Origin: a virus
Lineage: Duplodnaviria > Caudoviricetes
DNA: 30,721 nt
Virus record (IMG/VR): IMGVR_UViG_3300044724_001191
Location: 1 to 30,721 of that record
Direction: 5' to 3' (one strand)
In this document: positions 1 to 9,038 of the stretch, piece after piece
How the letters are laid out: every line of letters starts with the position of its first letter
How positions within the stretch are numbered: the stretch's first letter is position 1
Program-made: the position numbers and the translations under genes
Notes under the pieces: model-generated
The model's input: only the letters and a program-made list of their open reading frames with translations
Databases searched by the model: none
Told to the model about the DNA's origin: nothing

Positions 1-44
1 GCGGAGAACAACCGTGCTGGACGTCCAGCACGGTTGTTCTCCGC
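1..44. repeat. Perfect 44-bp palindrome at the contig start, probably a fold-back artefact
   Basis: gcggagaacaaccgtgctgg-acgt-ccagcacggttgttctccgc is its own reverse complement. The second copy of this locus (30596 onward) is preceded by different sequence that keeps ORF 30239-30661 open. Confidence 0.9.
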
Positions 45-146
45 TTTGAACATCATATTGTAAATGCGTTGAGTGCTTTTTTTCATTACTTCTTTTTAGG
101 AGTCTTAGATAAGAAAGTAGCAAGGCCGTTAGAGCTTTCTTTAACT
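21..146. repeat. Terminal direct repeat copy 1 (126 bp, circular assembly overlap)
   Basis: Identical to 30596-30721. Confidence 0.95.
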
Positions 147-574
147 ACCTCTTTGTACTTTGACACAAAGTCATCGTACAATTCTTGTGCGCCCTCTGCC
201 ATTTGCTTAATGTCCTCGTAATTGTACAACAATTCGGAGGGGTCTACACCTAAATCTTCAGCACCAGTTTCTAACTTTTCAATAAGAGCAAGCATATTAG
301 AGCCAGCCTCTTCTAAATAAGTAGCACTACCATTTACAACGGCATTGTCTACCTCTATTGAAAGGTTACTTTGAAAATCGGCAATCTCATCTAGAATCTC
401 ATCAAAACGCTCATTGGCATAGTAAGAAGCCTCTTGGTAAGCCTCTTCAAGGGAGTTTGCCTCTGATTCAATATCGTCCACTACGGACAATTTGAGCTTG
501 CGAGCTTTAGAAAGCTTGGTATTGGCTTGCTTGCCGAAAAGCTTAGCAAGCACAACCTTTTTAGTATTTGTCAT
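86..574 (-). CDS. Acidic helical protein, head-module paralog 2 (putative capsid-internal cargo)
   Basis: 162 aa; basic leader ending RKLKLS, acidic body with AEDLGVDP. Its stop overlaps the ATG of paralog 3 (TAATG) across the circular junction. Confidence 0.7.
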   Translation of the reverse strand: MTNTKKVVLAKLFGKQANTKLSKARKLKLSVVDDIESEANSLEEAYQEASYYANERFDEILDEIADFQSNLSIEVDNAVVNGSATYLEEAGSNMLALIEKLETGAEDLGVDPSELLYNYEDIKQMAEGAQELYDDFVSKYKEVVKESSNGLATFLSKTPKKK

Positions 575-575
575 C

Positions 576-1016
576 TTATTTGATATATTGCTTGAGGTCG
601 TAAATCACACTTTCAGCCTCTGTACGAGCATCAGCCATAGCACCATTCAAAATGTCTGAAAGCGCATTGTAAGTGTCATTGTCTTCGGGGCTAATTCCTA
701 AATCATCAGCAGCGGAACGATACTGGTCTAGCAAATCACCTACTTGTGTTTCGTAGGATTCAAATGCTTTAACGTAACCTTCCAAATACTCAATAAGCTC
801 TGAACCAGCTTCGTATTTGCTTTCAAAATCTCTAACAAAGTCAATACCGTTATCTACGGCTGCGCCTCCATCATTGATTTCGTCATTAATAGAATCCAAG
901 TAGCTTTCCATCTTATCCATCAACGACAAAGAAATCTTGCGTTGCTTGGAAAGCTTTTGAGCCTTAGCAGCCTCCGTAGAGAAAAGTTTGTTGAATACTA
1001 CCTTCTTGGTATTCAT
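576..1016 (-). CDS. Acidic helical protein, head-module paralog 1 (putative capsid-internal cargo)
   Basis: 146 aa; starts MNTKKVVFNKLF, leader ending RKISLS, ADDLGISP motif; directly after the scaffold gene. Confidence 0.7.
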   Translation of the reverse strand: MNTKKVVFNKLFSTEAAKAQKLSKQRKISLSLMDKMESYLDSINDEINDGGAAVDNGIDFVRDFESKYEAGSELIEYLEGYVKAFESYETQVGDLLDQYRSAADDLGISPEDNDTYNALSDILNGAMADARTEAESVIYDLKQYIK

Positions 1017-1017
1017 C

Positions 1018-1596
1018 TTACTTGAAGTTGTTCATTTTAGCCATTACACGGTCGATGGTGCGAGATGCACGGTTAGCAGCCAAGCTAACGGGAGCCTTTT
1101 CCTCCTTTTTAGCTGGATTGTGCTTGATAGGGCGAGCAGCAGCTTGCTTGCTCATTTTCTCTTTGTACTTACCCATCTCTTTTTTCATCTCTTCCACTTC
1201 CGCTTGGATTTCTTCAATCACGGGAGCAACGGCTTCAACTACGGCAGCGACTACTTCCTCCATAGGAGCAGCAACTTCTTCGGGAACGTCAACGGCAATC
1301 TCTTCTTCAGCTTCGATAGCTACCTCAGCTACCTCTTCCTCAGCTTCTGCACCAGCAGACTTCACCTCAGAAATAACTCCCTCTTCAGCGACATAGAGAA
1401 TAGAACCGTCTTCCATTGTGTACTCGCCAACGGGCAAGGGGATACGCTCCTCTTCCGTTACGATAAATACTTCGTTGCCAGCTTCAAACGCCTCAGCCTC
1501 CAAGACTGTGCCGTTATCTAAAGTGGCTTGAGCCAACTTGACACGCTTTGCGGACAACTCAGCTAGGATGTTTTTCAAAAGGATATTTGCTTTCAT
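1018..1596 (-). CDS. Putative capsid scaffolding protein
   Basis: 192 aa, very Glu/Ala/Val-rich with a coiled coil and basic C-terminus; between the protease and major capsid genes in circular order. Confidence 0.7.
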   Translation of the reverse strand: MKANILLKNILAELSAKRVKLAQATLDNGTVLEAEAFEAGNEVFIVTEEERIPLPVGEYTMEDGSILYVAEEGVISEVKSAGAEAEEEVAEVAIEAEEEIAVDVPEEVAAPMEEVVAAVVEAVAPVIEEIQAEVEEMKKEMGKYKEKMSKQAAARPIKHNPAKKEEKAPVSLAANRASRTIDRVMAKMNNFK

Positions 1597-1601
1597 AACT
1601 A

Positions 1602-1625
1602 ATTAATTGATTTCTTTTATTTTGT
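1602..1625 (-). promoter_or_regulatory. Putative late promoter (ACAA-N14-ATTAAT)
   Basis: Same spacing as other copies; 1591-1606 is identical over 16 nt to 2399-2414. Confidence 0.45.
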
Positions 1626-1632
1626 TACATTT

Positions 1633-1779
1633 TTAATCGGGCAGTTTTACTATTACACCTATCCCTTGCGCCCAAAGGCTACCATCGCAGCACTTTCTAG
1701 AGTAGGTGTTTGAGTCTTTACAGTAGCAGCCACGACCCTTTCCTTTTGGGCTAGTGCGACTTGGAGTTTTATTATTCAT
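1633..1779 (-). CDS. Small Cys-rich protein (48 aa), not in the ORF track
   Basis: MNNKTPSRTSPKGKGRGCYCKDSNTYSRKCCDGSLWAQGIGVIVKLPD; fills the protease-scaffold gap and overlaps the upstream stop. Confidence 0.7.
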   Translation of the reverse strand: MNNKTPSRTSPKGKGRGCYCKDSNTYSRKCCDGSLWAQGIGVIVKLPD

Positions 1780-2404
1780 AATCCTTCAGCATTTTAGCTA
1801 CCTCGTACAAAAATTCCATAGCTTCTTGGTGGGTCATATTCTCCACCTCATCTAGCAAGTCCTCGTTTGCCAAATTCATTTTAGCCATCTTCACCTTATC
1901 AGCAAAATAGCCCTCGATAGAAAACCCTTTAACGGCTCCCGTCTTTACAAAGTTATTCCACACCTCTTCGTTATTGACCTTGACGGATACCATCCACGTA
2001 CCTACGGGCATATTCAAACCATATAGGCGGGATTTGTCTTTGTCAGCATCCTCGATAATCCAGCTTTCCACCACGCTTAGTCCGTGTAGCTCTGCTTCGT
2101 GTTCTAAGGTGCTATTGTTTTGGTTGCCTCGCATCAAAAACAGTTCAGAGGCTCTACGGATAGTACCCTTTGAAAAGTACACGTAAAACTCTTCCCCGTC
2201 TTGGTGGCGGTAGATGGTCTTATTGGGAATAAGTGCTGGCCCAATCAAAATGCGTTTGTCTTCGCTTTGCGTGGCAAACTCTACTTTCTGTTGGTTTTTG
2301 AGGGCTACAAAGTTTTCCTCAATAGCTGGGCTTTCTACAATAGAAATGGCATCTATGCCGTTAAGCATTGCCGTTTCGTCTAGTACGAGTTCAATGATTT
2401 TCAT
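1772..2404 (-). CDS. Putative prohead maturation protease, XkdF-like
   Basis: Motifs RILIGPALIPN, TLEH, VVESWI, PVGTWMV and VKGFSIEG; position in the head module. Confidence 0.8.
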   Translation of the reverse strand: MKIIELVLDETAMLNGIDAISIVESPAIEENFVALKNQQKVEFATQSEDKRILIGPALIPNKTIYRHQDGEEFYVYFSKGTIRRASELFLMRGNQNNSTLEHEAELHGLSVVESWIIEDADKDKSRLYGLNMPVGTWMVSVKVNNEEVWNNFVKTGAVKGFSIEGYFADKVKMAKMNLANEDLLDEVENMTHQEAMEFLYEVAKMLKDYE

Positions 2405-2409
2405 AACTA

Positions 2410-2433
2410 ATTAACCAAAGGTTGCGGTTTTGA
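2410..2433 (-). promoter_or_regulatory. Putative late promoter (TCAA-N14-GTTAAT)
   Basis: Immediately upstream of the protease ATG; matches the recurring motif. Confidence 0.45.
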
Positions 2434-4507
2434 TTCTTTTTCTTTCCATTTCTTGTGAGCTGGTAATATCACCTCCCACTACATAGGCACGGAGGGGGTT
2501 AGCAAACTGACCCGCAATGCCTTGCAATAGTTGGTTGGTATTACTCTGTCCCACGATGTTAAACGAGGGGGCTACTTGAGGTACTGTTGGTGCTTTGGGG
2601 GCTGCGCCTCCAGCTGCCTTACCTTCGTTAAACTGCTGAGCCGATATAGTGGCGATTTGCGTGGCTCCAGTTGTAGCAATCAAAGCAGCCTTTACCCAGT
2701 TAGCACCCGTGAGTTGGTCTTGTGGCACATTGAGCTGCCCCATAATGCCTCCAGCCGTGTTGATAATGGCTTGGACTATCTGCAAAGACTTGTTACGCTC
2801 AAATGCACGTTTCGCTGCTGCCTTATCATTCTCGTCATACAACTGATTTAAGTCCATCAAATTTTTAATAGTGGCATTGGCAGACTCTAAAACAATGTCT
2901 TTAATTTGGTTTTGGTAGTCCTTGCGCTTGGCTATGGCTTCGTCATCAAATTTCTTTTGAGTCTCTGCCTTTTCTTTTTCATAGAGGTCTTGGAGGGCCA
3001 GCAACGCCTCATAGTTTCCGTTCTCTGCTTCCATCAAACGGGCATACTTGAGTTCTAAGGCTTCCAGCTCCTTAGCCTCACCGTCTTCCATTAACTCTAG
3101 GCGTAGGTCTTCAAGCTTATCTAGGCGGTCAAACTCGTTTTGCGTGGCCTCTTCGTTAATCTTTTCAATGTTATCGTTGTGCTGCTCTTGGGCTTGCTCA
3201 GCAATAGCTCTATATTTTTCCCTAATAGCATTGATAAGCTCTTGGTTGCCCTCAGCTGCTGCAATTTCTTGTTTGCGCTGGAGGTCTAAACGCTTGGCTT
3301 CGTTTATAAACCTACGGTTTTCTCTTGCCGTAGCATCCTCAGTAGAATTTTCCCAAATCTGCCTTCTGATTTCTGCGGTATCTTGCTCAATCTTCGCTAG
3401 AGCCTCCGCGTGTTTCTTGGCATCTTCTTCGGCTTTTCTGTAAGCCTCTTGTTGTTTTTCTCTACGGTCTAAACGATAGCCCGCTGCTTTGTTTTCTAGC
3501 TCACGGATACCCGCCTCTTGTTCGGCTATAAGGGCATCAGTTTCTGCGGTTGCCTCTTCAGCGGTTCCTACCACGAAGTCCGCAGCATCCTCAATCATAT
3601 CGTCAATGGCCCCAGCCATATTAGAACGCCCAATTCCTAGAAGGTCTCGCGCCCATCCAGGAAGGGCGTTTACCATACGGTCTAAGGCTCTTAGAACTGT
3701 TCTAGGAACAAAAAGTAGGAACTCAAGCATCCCCTTAACGAATGCCTTTTGCTTTTCGTAAGATTCTAGCTCTGCCTTTCTTTTTAGTTTGGTGGCAGCA
3801 AGCTCGGCTTTTGAGGCTTTAATTACCTCTTCCGTTTGAGCTTCCTTGAGCTTTTGTATTTCCTCTTCGGATTTCCCTTGCTCACGCAGTATGTTCTCGC
3901 TTGCATCAATAGCTTCTAGTGATGCTTGCTGGGCTTCCTTAGCTTTAGTTGCTGACGCTAAGGCTTTGTCTGCTGCCTTGTTGTACCCAAACGCGGATTT
4001 CTTAATAGAGTCCCAGTTTTCCGCTATCGACCCAATAGCGACTACCGCAAGGCCAATACCCGTTGCTGCTAGTGCGCCCTTGAGGGCCTTTGCTCCAAGA
4101 GTGCCAGCTTTAAAAGATGCTTGAAGGGCAGTACCAAAAGACTTAACTCCCTTGACAATGCCACTCCAAGAAATAGAAGCAATCCAAGCTTTGCTCTTGG
4201 CAATGACATTAACTAATTCGGTCTTTATGACTTTATAGGCTTTACCAGCCTTTTTACCCATCTCAATGTAGCCACCAGTAGCACGGTCAATGTTACGGAC
4301 TACTTCCTCCTTTGCGCGAGCTGATTCCCTTTCAGAGGCAGCAGCTTCCTTAGAGCCTCTTGTTGCCTCCTTATTGGCATCCGCTAAGGCTTCCTCTAGC
4401 TCTTTGGCTTTTTCTTTCGATTCCTCTAGCTCGTGCTTAAGTTCCTCTACGGATTTGACGGCCTCGTCCGTGTTCGCCTTTACCTCAAATTCTCTTATCG
4501 TGGCCAT
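2411..4507 (-). CDS. Tail tape measure protein
   Basis: 698 aa, long Ala/Glu/Lys coiled coils, hydrophobic Gly/Ala segment LAATGIGLAVVAIGSI, C-terminal LRAYVVGGDIT. Confidence 0.85.
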   Translation of the reverse strand: MATIREFEVKANTDEAVKSVEELKHELEESKEKAKELEEALADANKEATRGSKEAAASERESARAKEEVVRNIDRATGGYIEMGKKAGKAYKVIKTELVNVIAKSKAWIASISWSGIVKGVKSFGTALQASFKAGTLGAKALKGALAATGIGLAVVAIGSIAENWDSIKKSAFGYNKAADKALASATKAKEAQQASLEAIDASENILREQGKSEEEIQKLKEAQTEEVIKASKAELAATKLKRKAELESYEKQKAFVKGMLEFLLFVPRTVLRALDRMVNALPGWARDLLGIGRSNMAGAIDDMIEDAADFVVGTAEEATAETDALIAEQEAGIRELENKAAGYRLDRREKQQEAYRKAEEDAKKHAEALAKIEQDTAEIRRQIWENSTEDATARENRRFINEAKRLDLQRKQEIAAAEGNQELINAIREKYRAIAEQAQEQHNDNIEKINEEATQNEFDRLDKLEDLRLELMEDGEAKELEALELKYARLMEAENGNYEALLALQDLYEKEKAETQKKFDDEAIAKRKDYQNQIKDIVLESANATIKNLMDLNQLYDENDKAAAKRAFERNKSLQIVQAIINTAGGIMGQLNVPQDQLTGANWVKAALIATTGATQIATISAQQFNEGKAAGGAAPKAPTVPQVAPSFNIVGQSNTNQLLQGIAGQFANPLRAYVVGGDITSSQEMERKRIKTATFG

Positions 4508-4650
4508 TCTCGCTTAATCTTTTTAAATGTCTCTTTAAAATTGGTGGGCAAGTGGTATTTACCCAATGCCGTTTGTATCTCTTCGCAGTTATTTTGGTAC
4601 TCCGTGTTTTGGAGCATCTCTATTATGTAACTCAATAAGTTCCCTTTCAT
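4495..4650 (-). CDS. Small hypothetical protein (51 aa), not in the ORF track
   Basis: MKGNLLSYIIEMLQNTEYQNNCEEIQTALGKYHLPTNFKETFKKIKREWPR; coupled to the upstream gene by TAATG and overlaps the tape-measure start. Confidence 0.65.
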   Translation of the reverse strand: MKGNLLSYIIEMLQNTEYQNNCEEIQTALGKYHLPTNFKETFKKIKREWPR

Positions 4651-6779
4651 TACAAAACATTTAATAGTTGGAAGGTGGTCTTACCCGTAGTCATATTGAC
4701 GTTAGCACTATTGACAATCCATTTTTGGTTGTTCCAAATAATCTTGTTTTTAAGGTCTAAGCCTACAATCTTTCCAAGCGGTAGGACTGCATCTACATTT
4801 ACAATGCGTCTTTTAGAGTTGTATAGGTCTTCAATGTAATCGCTCCAATAGGTTTGATATAAACTTCTTCCTACAGAGGTTAGATAGTATGGGTCGATGT
4901 CGCTACCCCACGTAAGGGTGTAGGCATTTCCAGTTCCCGTGCTTGTGCTAGAAGTGTTAGCGTACCATACCTCGTTGACTTGGGTTTCTGTATCGGTCTC
5001 ATCTACAAATGAGATGGGGTTTGCGCTAATGTCAAGCGAGAACTCACCGTAAATCAAAATGGGCTTACCTACATATTTCTGAAAACGGTTATCTGCGCTA
5101 GTGTCGGGTTCTACCTTTTGTGATTTGTATGCGAGGATGTTTGTAAGCGTTCCAGCATCTATATCGGTAAGGCGTTCAAACAATGGGCATTCAAACGGTA
5201 GGTCAATTTTAAAATCAGAGCCATCCCAATTAAAGGTGGCATTGAGGTCTCCGTATCCTAGTATGTTGGTTTTTTTATACTGGTATCCTAAAATCTGTTC
5301 CGTGTCTTGGTACTTAAATTCTATTTCTCTAAATAACGGTGGGCGGTTGATTCCTACCTCGTCTACGTTTATATATGAAGTAAGGTCTACATCTGTTCCG
5401 TCATCATACCACCCATCTAGCGTTTGGAGGTTAAACTCCGTTGCACTATTTGGAGTAATTACTAGGTTGTGCATTTTTACAATCCCAGCCACAAAATCTT
5501 TCACTTTGATTTCGGGCATCAATGGGGACATAACCAGTTGAAAAGAGTAGGATGCCGATAGAGATTGGTCTACCTCAAAGCGTTGCGTAACGGTGGTGGC
5601 ATCGTATGCCGTGTAATCCGTTACTTGATAGTTGAATGTTACTGGACTTTGGGGGCGTATCTTTAGTTGTACCTCATCTCCCGCATAAAATCCATATCCT
5701 TCAAAAACGCTTGTGATACTAGATGCGGGGTGGTTATCTTGAATAGCCGTACCTATAAGCTCACCATTTTGGAAAAGACCTAGCTCGTAATCAGCACCCG
5801 CATTTTGTACCGTTATATCTAAATCATAAATGTCGGTGTCTACTACCGTCCACGTCTCGGTGGTAAGGTTGAACTCTGTTCCTCCTCCCGTATTGCGGTT
5901 GAAGTTTATTAGTTGCCAATTAATAGCGGTAGTAGAGTCGTATAGATACCCCTCAAATCTGTGCGCCCACAAATACAATTTATCAAACGTGGAATCCGTC
6001 ATAAAATCCCCCGTGAAGGATATACCGTATTTATGTGCAATCGCATCAAACAATCGCACAACCTTGATAGCTGGCTTTAACTCATTGTACTTCACCCCGT
6101 GTTGGTGTCCAGCGTGTCCCGTTACAAATTGTATATCATCCTCGTGGCGTGGGTCGCTTGAACTTGATACGTTGTACACCCAATTTCGGATTGGGGACAT
6201 AAGGGGATAGAAAACATCTCCAGCTAATAGAGCCTCTTGGTCAAACCCCGATTGGATAGTAGCACCATTGTAGGTGTGGTCGTAGTCGCTTAGGTCTAAA
6301 TCATACAAAAAGTCCTCACCAAACAAATCAGCAAGGCTCACTAAATCCCCAAAAAAAGAAAGCGAATAGGCGTAAGGTTCGTTGTTTTGTATCTGCACAT
6401 TTTCCATCTGCATAACCCCCGTGCGGAAGGGCAATGAGTTTAATTCAATCTTTGCTGCTGGGCGAAGGCGAAAATCAAAGGAGTTGGTAGTTCGTGTTTT
6501 CTCAATAGCTGAGGGTGCGCTATCTAATAGAGCCAATACATTTGAGTCGTTGGTTTCGCTATACTGTGATGCTACTACGGAGGCATCTACATCCATACGG
6601 TAGTAGTGCTTGAGTATCTCGTTATTGTTTGGTGTAGCGGGAACCGTAAACGATTGCGTAAAGTCCGTAAACACCTTAGAGATGTCTTGGACATTCTGAA
6701 CCGATAGGTTGATGCTTATCTCTTCATCTGAGAAAGTGTCTAGGCGGTAATCGCCAATATATAGGTCTACCTTGTTCAT
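4650..6779 (-). CDS. Minor tail protein (tail-tip hub-like)
   Basis: 709 aa, beta-rich, N-terminal DFTQSFTVPATPNNN; in the tail module. Confidence 0.65.
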   Translation of the reverse strand: MNKVDLYIGDYRLDTFSDEEISINLSVQNVQDISKVFTDFTQSFTVPATPNNNEILKHYYRMDVDASVVASQYSETNDSNVLALLDSAPSAIEKTRTTNSFDFRLRPAAKIELNSLPFRTGVMQMENVQIQNNEPYAYSLSFFGDLVSLADLFGEDFLYDLDLSDYDHTYNGATIQSGFDQEALLAGDVFYPLMSPIRNWVYNVSSSSDPRHEDDIQFVTGHAGHQHGVKYNELKPAIKVVRLFDAIAHKYGISFTGDFMTDSTFDKLYLWAHRFEGYLYDSTTAINWQLINFNRNTGGGTEFNLTTETWTVVDTDIYDLDITVQNAGADYELGLFQNGELIGTAIQDNHPASSITSVFEGYGFYAGDEVQLKIRPQSPVTFNYQVTDYTAYDATTVTQRFEVDQSLSASYSFQLVMSPLMPEIKVKDFVAGIVKMHNLVITPNSATEFNLQTLDGWYDDGTDVDLTSYINVDEVGINRPPLFREIEFKYQDTEQILGYQYKKTNILGYGDLNATFNWDGSDFKIDLPFECPLFERLTDIDAGTLTNILAYKSQKVEPDTSADNRFQKYVGKPILIYGEFSLDISANPISFVDETDTETQVNEVWYANTSSTSTGTGNAYTLTWGSDIDPYYLTSVGRSLYQTYWSDYIEDLYNSKRRIVNVDAVLPLGKIVGLDLKNKIIWNNQKWIVNSANVNMTTGKTTFQLLNVL

Positions 6780-7975
6780 CGTAGCATATTGCGTTGGTCA
6801 AAGGCAATATCAAAGCCTAGCGTGTAGTTTATGTTTTTATCGTTTACCTCCTTTTGGTAAGTTACGTTTCCTCGTTGTGGGAAAGCTCCAACCCATTCCC
6901 CATCTAGCAAGATGGCTACTTGCTCACTCATAAGGATATCCTCTACCACATCGGCATACGCCTCTTCAACCCATCCCGTATTCATTGTAATTGTATTGCG
7001 GGAGTTGATATTGAAATCTTGGTATTTAGCTTCTTGGAGATTGGGGGTGGTGAATCCGTCAACGTAAATACTTCGGTTGTATGTTTGGTTGGTGAAAACC
7101 CCTTGCTCTTGGCTACGCTTAAACATCGTTATGTAATCGCTTGCCCCATATCGGTTGACAAAAGCAATTTGGTATGGGGTATATTTAGGCTCGCAAGTAA
7201 TTTCATATTCTTGTTCCCAAATTTTCGTTCCAGCGGGGTTTTTAAAGTAAAGGGTATAGTTTGTTTGCCCACTACGGTTAAGTGGTCGCATAGAGGCTGA
7301 AAAGCCCGTGTATGCGTTTAAGTTAGCCACCCCCGAAGGAAAGTATAAAAGCTTCGCAGTAGTAGAACCCGAAGAAGGGGATATGCCCGTTGAGACTTGA
7401 ATGTCTACATCTTCAAAATCTCCATTAGCCCATTGGATGCCAAAGTATTTTGTATTAATGCTAGAGTCCCAATAGATAGGTAGGGTCTCGTATCCAGTTT
7501 CACTTACAAAACGCTTACGGCTTACTGCCATAGGAGTTGTGGTATGCTCGGAGTTTTGGGTATACTTACGCCATCCATTAGCTACAAAGTTTTTTGTTCC
7601 CGTTGCCCATACCGCAGTAGTTGGTGCTAACCCATTATCTGAGTACGTCCAATCTCCCGAAACCTCTACATACAATACCTCCCCATTAATTGACTGCTCT
7701 ACGCTTGTGGCATCGTAAGTAGCAAAAGAATGTGAAAACTCGGAACGGATTAAATCGGCTATTTCAAAATTGATAACCTCGTTGATGGAGTAGGACTTGG
7801 AAAGCTGATAGTTAAAACTAAGTGGTTCGTCTCCCAATGCCCCAGCCCAAACCTTAATGTTTAGTCTCATACTGTCTAGTGAGTCATTGGCAAGGGCATT
7901 ATTCTTACCAGTAACAAACAAGGGGCTGCGTGCCATCGATAAGGAGGCGGGGGTAGATACTACGGGTGTACTCAT
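6776..7975 (-). CDS. Minor tail protein (distal-tail-like)
   Basis: 399 aa; C-terminal FVNRYG...ITMNTGWV...ILMSEQV domain; ATGA-coupled to its neighbours. Confidence 0.6.
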   Translation of the reverse strand: MSTPVVSTPASLSMARSPLFVTGKNNALANDSLDSMRLNIKVWAGALGDEPLSFNYQLSKSYSINEVINFEIADLIRSEFSHSFATYDATSVEQSINGEVLYVEVSGDWTYSDNGLAPTTAVWATGTKNFVANGWRKYTQNSEHTTTPMAVSRKRFVSETGYETLPIYWDSSINTKYFGIQWANGDFEDVDIQVSTGISPSSGSTTAKLLYFPSGVANLNAYTGFSASMRPLNRSGQTNYTLYFKNPAGTKIWEQEYEITCEPKYTPYQIAFVNRYGASDYITMFKRSQEQGVFTNQTYNRSIYVDGFTTPNLQEAKYQDFNINSRNTITMNTGWVEEAYADVVEDILMSEQVAILLDGEWVGAFPQRGNVTYQKEVNDKNINYTLGFDIAFDQRNMLR

Positions 7976-8562
7976 TCTTTGACTTCTTTAAGAGATATCA
8001 AGTATTTTTCTATATCTAGCGTTAGGGCTTGTTGCAGCAGTTCGGGTAGCTGCTCATTCATAAGGTTAAATGGGTTGGTGATAAAGTGCGTTTGGTTTAT
8101 ACCCTTGCGCTTTACACTACGGGCAATAACATAGGCCAAGCTTTCGTAGCTCTTTTCTGTAATCTTACCCTTTTTAAATTTTCCTCCTACGTCTCGCAGT
8201 TTGATACGCTTGGTACGCATCCACTCAAAAATGGAATACTGCATACCTACACCCACACTTTCGTTTTTAAAAGAATATGGGCTAGGTTCGGGAGTGTTAT
8301 ACCTTGTACCGCTTACCCCCTTATCGATAAAAGCTCCGTAGTAATCCATAAGAATGCCTATCGTAAGCTCACCGTTTTCCTCCATTAAGGGGGAGGTCTT
8401 TAGACTGTTTCTAAGATTACCGCTAGCATCAATGCGCTTACGCACACTCTTGCCGTCATTTTGGACAATAGTCTGAGTAGCCCCCAACTCTAGTTTAGCT
8501 TGGCGCACTATCTCTTGGGCAGCCTTATTCAAGGCCATTTTCATATTGTCCAGTTTTAGCAT
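7972..8562 (-). CDS. Putative tail completion / neck protein (HK97 gp10-like)
   Basis: Basic protein with ASGNLRNS, YGAFIDKG and IARSVKRKGI motifs. Confidence 0.65.
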   Translation of the reverse strand: MLKLDNMKMALNKAAQEIVRQAKLELGATQTIVQNDGKSVRKRIDASGNLRNSLKTSPLMEENGELTIGILMDYYGAFIDKGVSGTRYNTPEPSPYSFKNESVGVGMQYSIFEWMRTKRIKLRDVGGKFKKGKITEKSYESLAYVIARSVKRKGINQTHFITNPFNLMNEQLPELLQQALTLDIEKYLISLKEVKE

Positions 8563-9038
8563 ACCGAAATCTCCGTGTTAGCCGTTTGGATGTCTACGGT
8601 CATATTCCACCCAGCGAGTTTATTTTCAAAGCGGTCTAGAAATGGGGTGCAAGTAAGTGAGCTGCTATCTTGGATTTGGTAGAGGTCGGTGTTGAGTTGA
8701 CCCTTTACCAGTTCTTGAGCTAGTCCATTTAAAACTACCAACGTACTGTTTAGCACATCTTGAGTATTGTCAATGCCATAGAAGGGGTCTGCCTCGTTTT
8801 GGATATCCCCCTTTGATTCATCTACCACATCCATAACCAAAATGCTTAGGCTAAAGGATACGGTGTTAAGGCTTGACCCTTGAAACGTGGCATCGTTCAC
8901 AATGACGTGGGCTAGTGGGAAGATGCTTTGCTTCTTTAGGTCTACGTCAAAGATGTCCCCAAACGTAACCGAGCTAATGAGCTGGTGGTTGCTTAGGTAG
9001 TCGTTTATTTTCTCAAGGACTAGATATAGGTTTCTCAT
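8556..9038 (-). CDS. Putative tail terminator protein
   Basis: 160 aa acidic protein with IFPLAHV and LAGW motifs; next to the neck gene. Confidence 0.6.
   Translation of the reverse strand: MRNLYLVLEKINDYLSNHQLISSVTFGDIFDVDLKKQSIFPLAHVIVNDATFQGSSLNTVSFSLSILVMDVVDESKGDIQNEADPFYGIDNTQDVLNSTLVVLNGLAQELVKGQLNTDLYQIQDSSSLTCTPFLDRFENKLAGWNMTVDIQTANTEISVC

Noticed and set aside
1-44. Hairpin telomere / protelomerase site
   Set aside because: No protelomerase gene is seen, the palindrome falls inside a coding region, and the other copy of the locus lacks it.
2117-2125. Additional AACCAAAAC match to hairpin RNA 1
   Set aside because: It lies mid-gene in the protease coding sequence, far from a start codon, and is probably chance.
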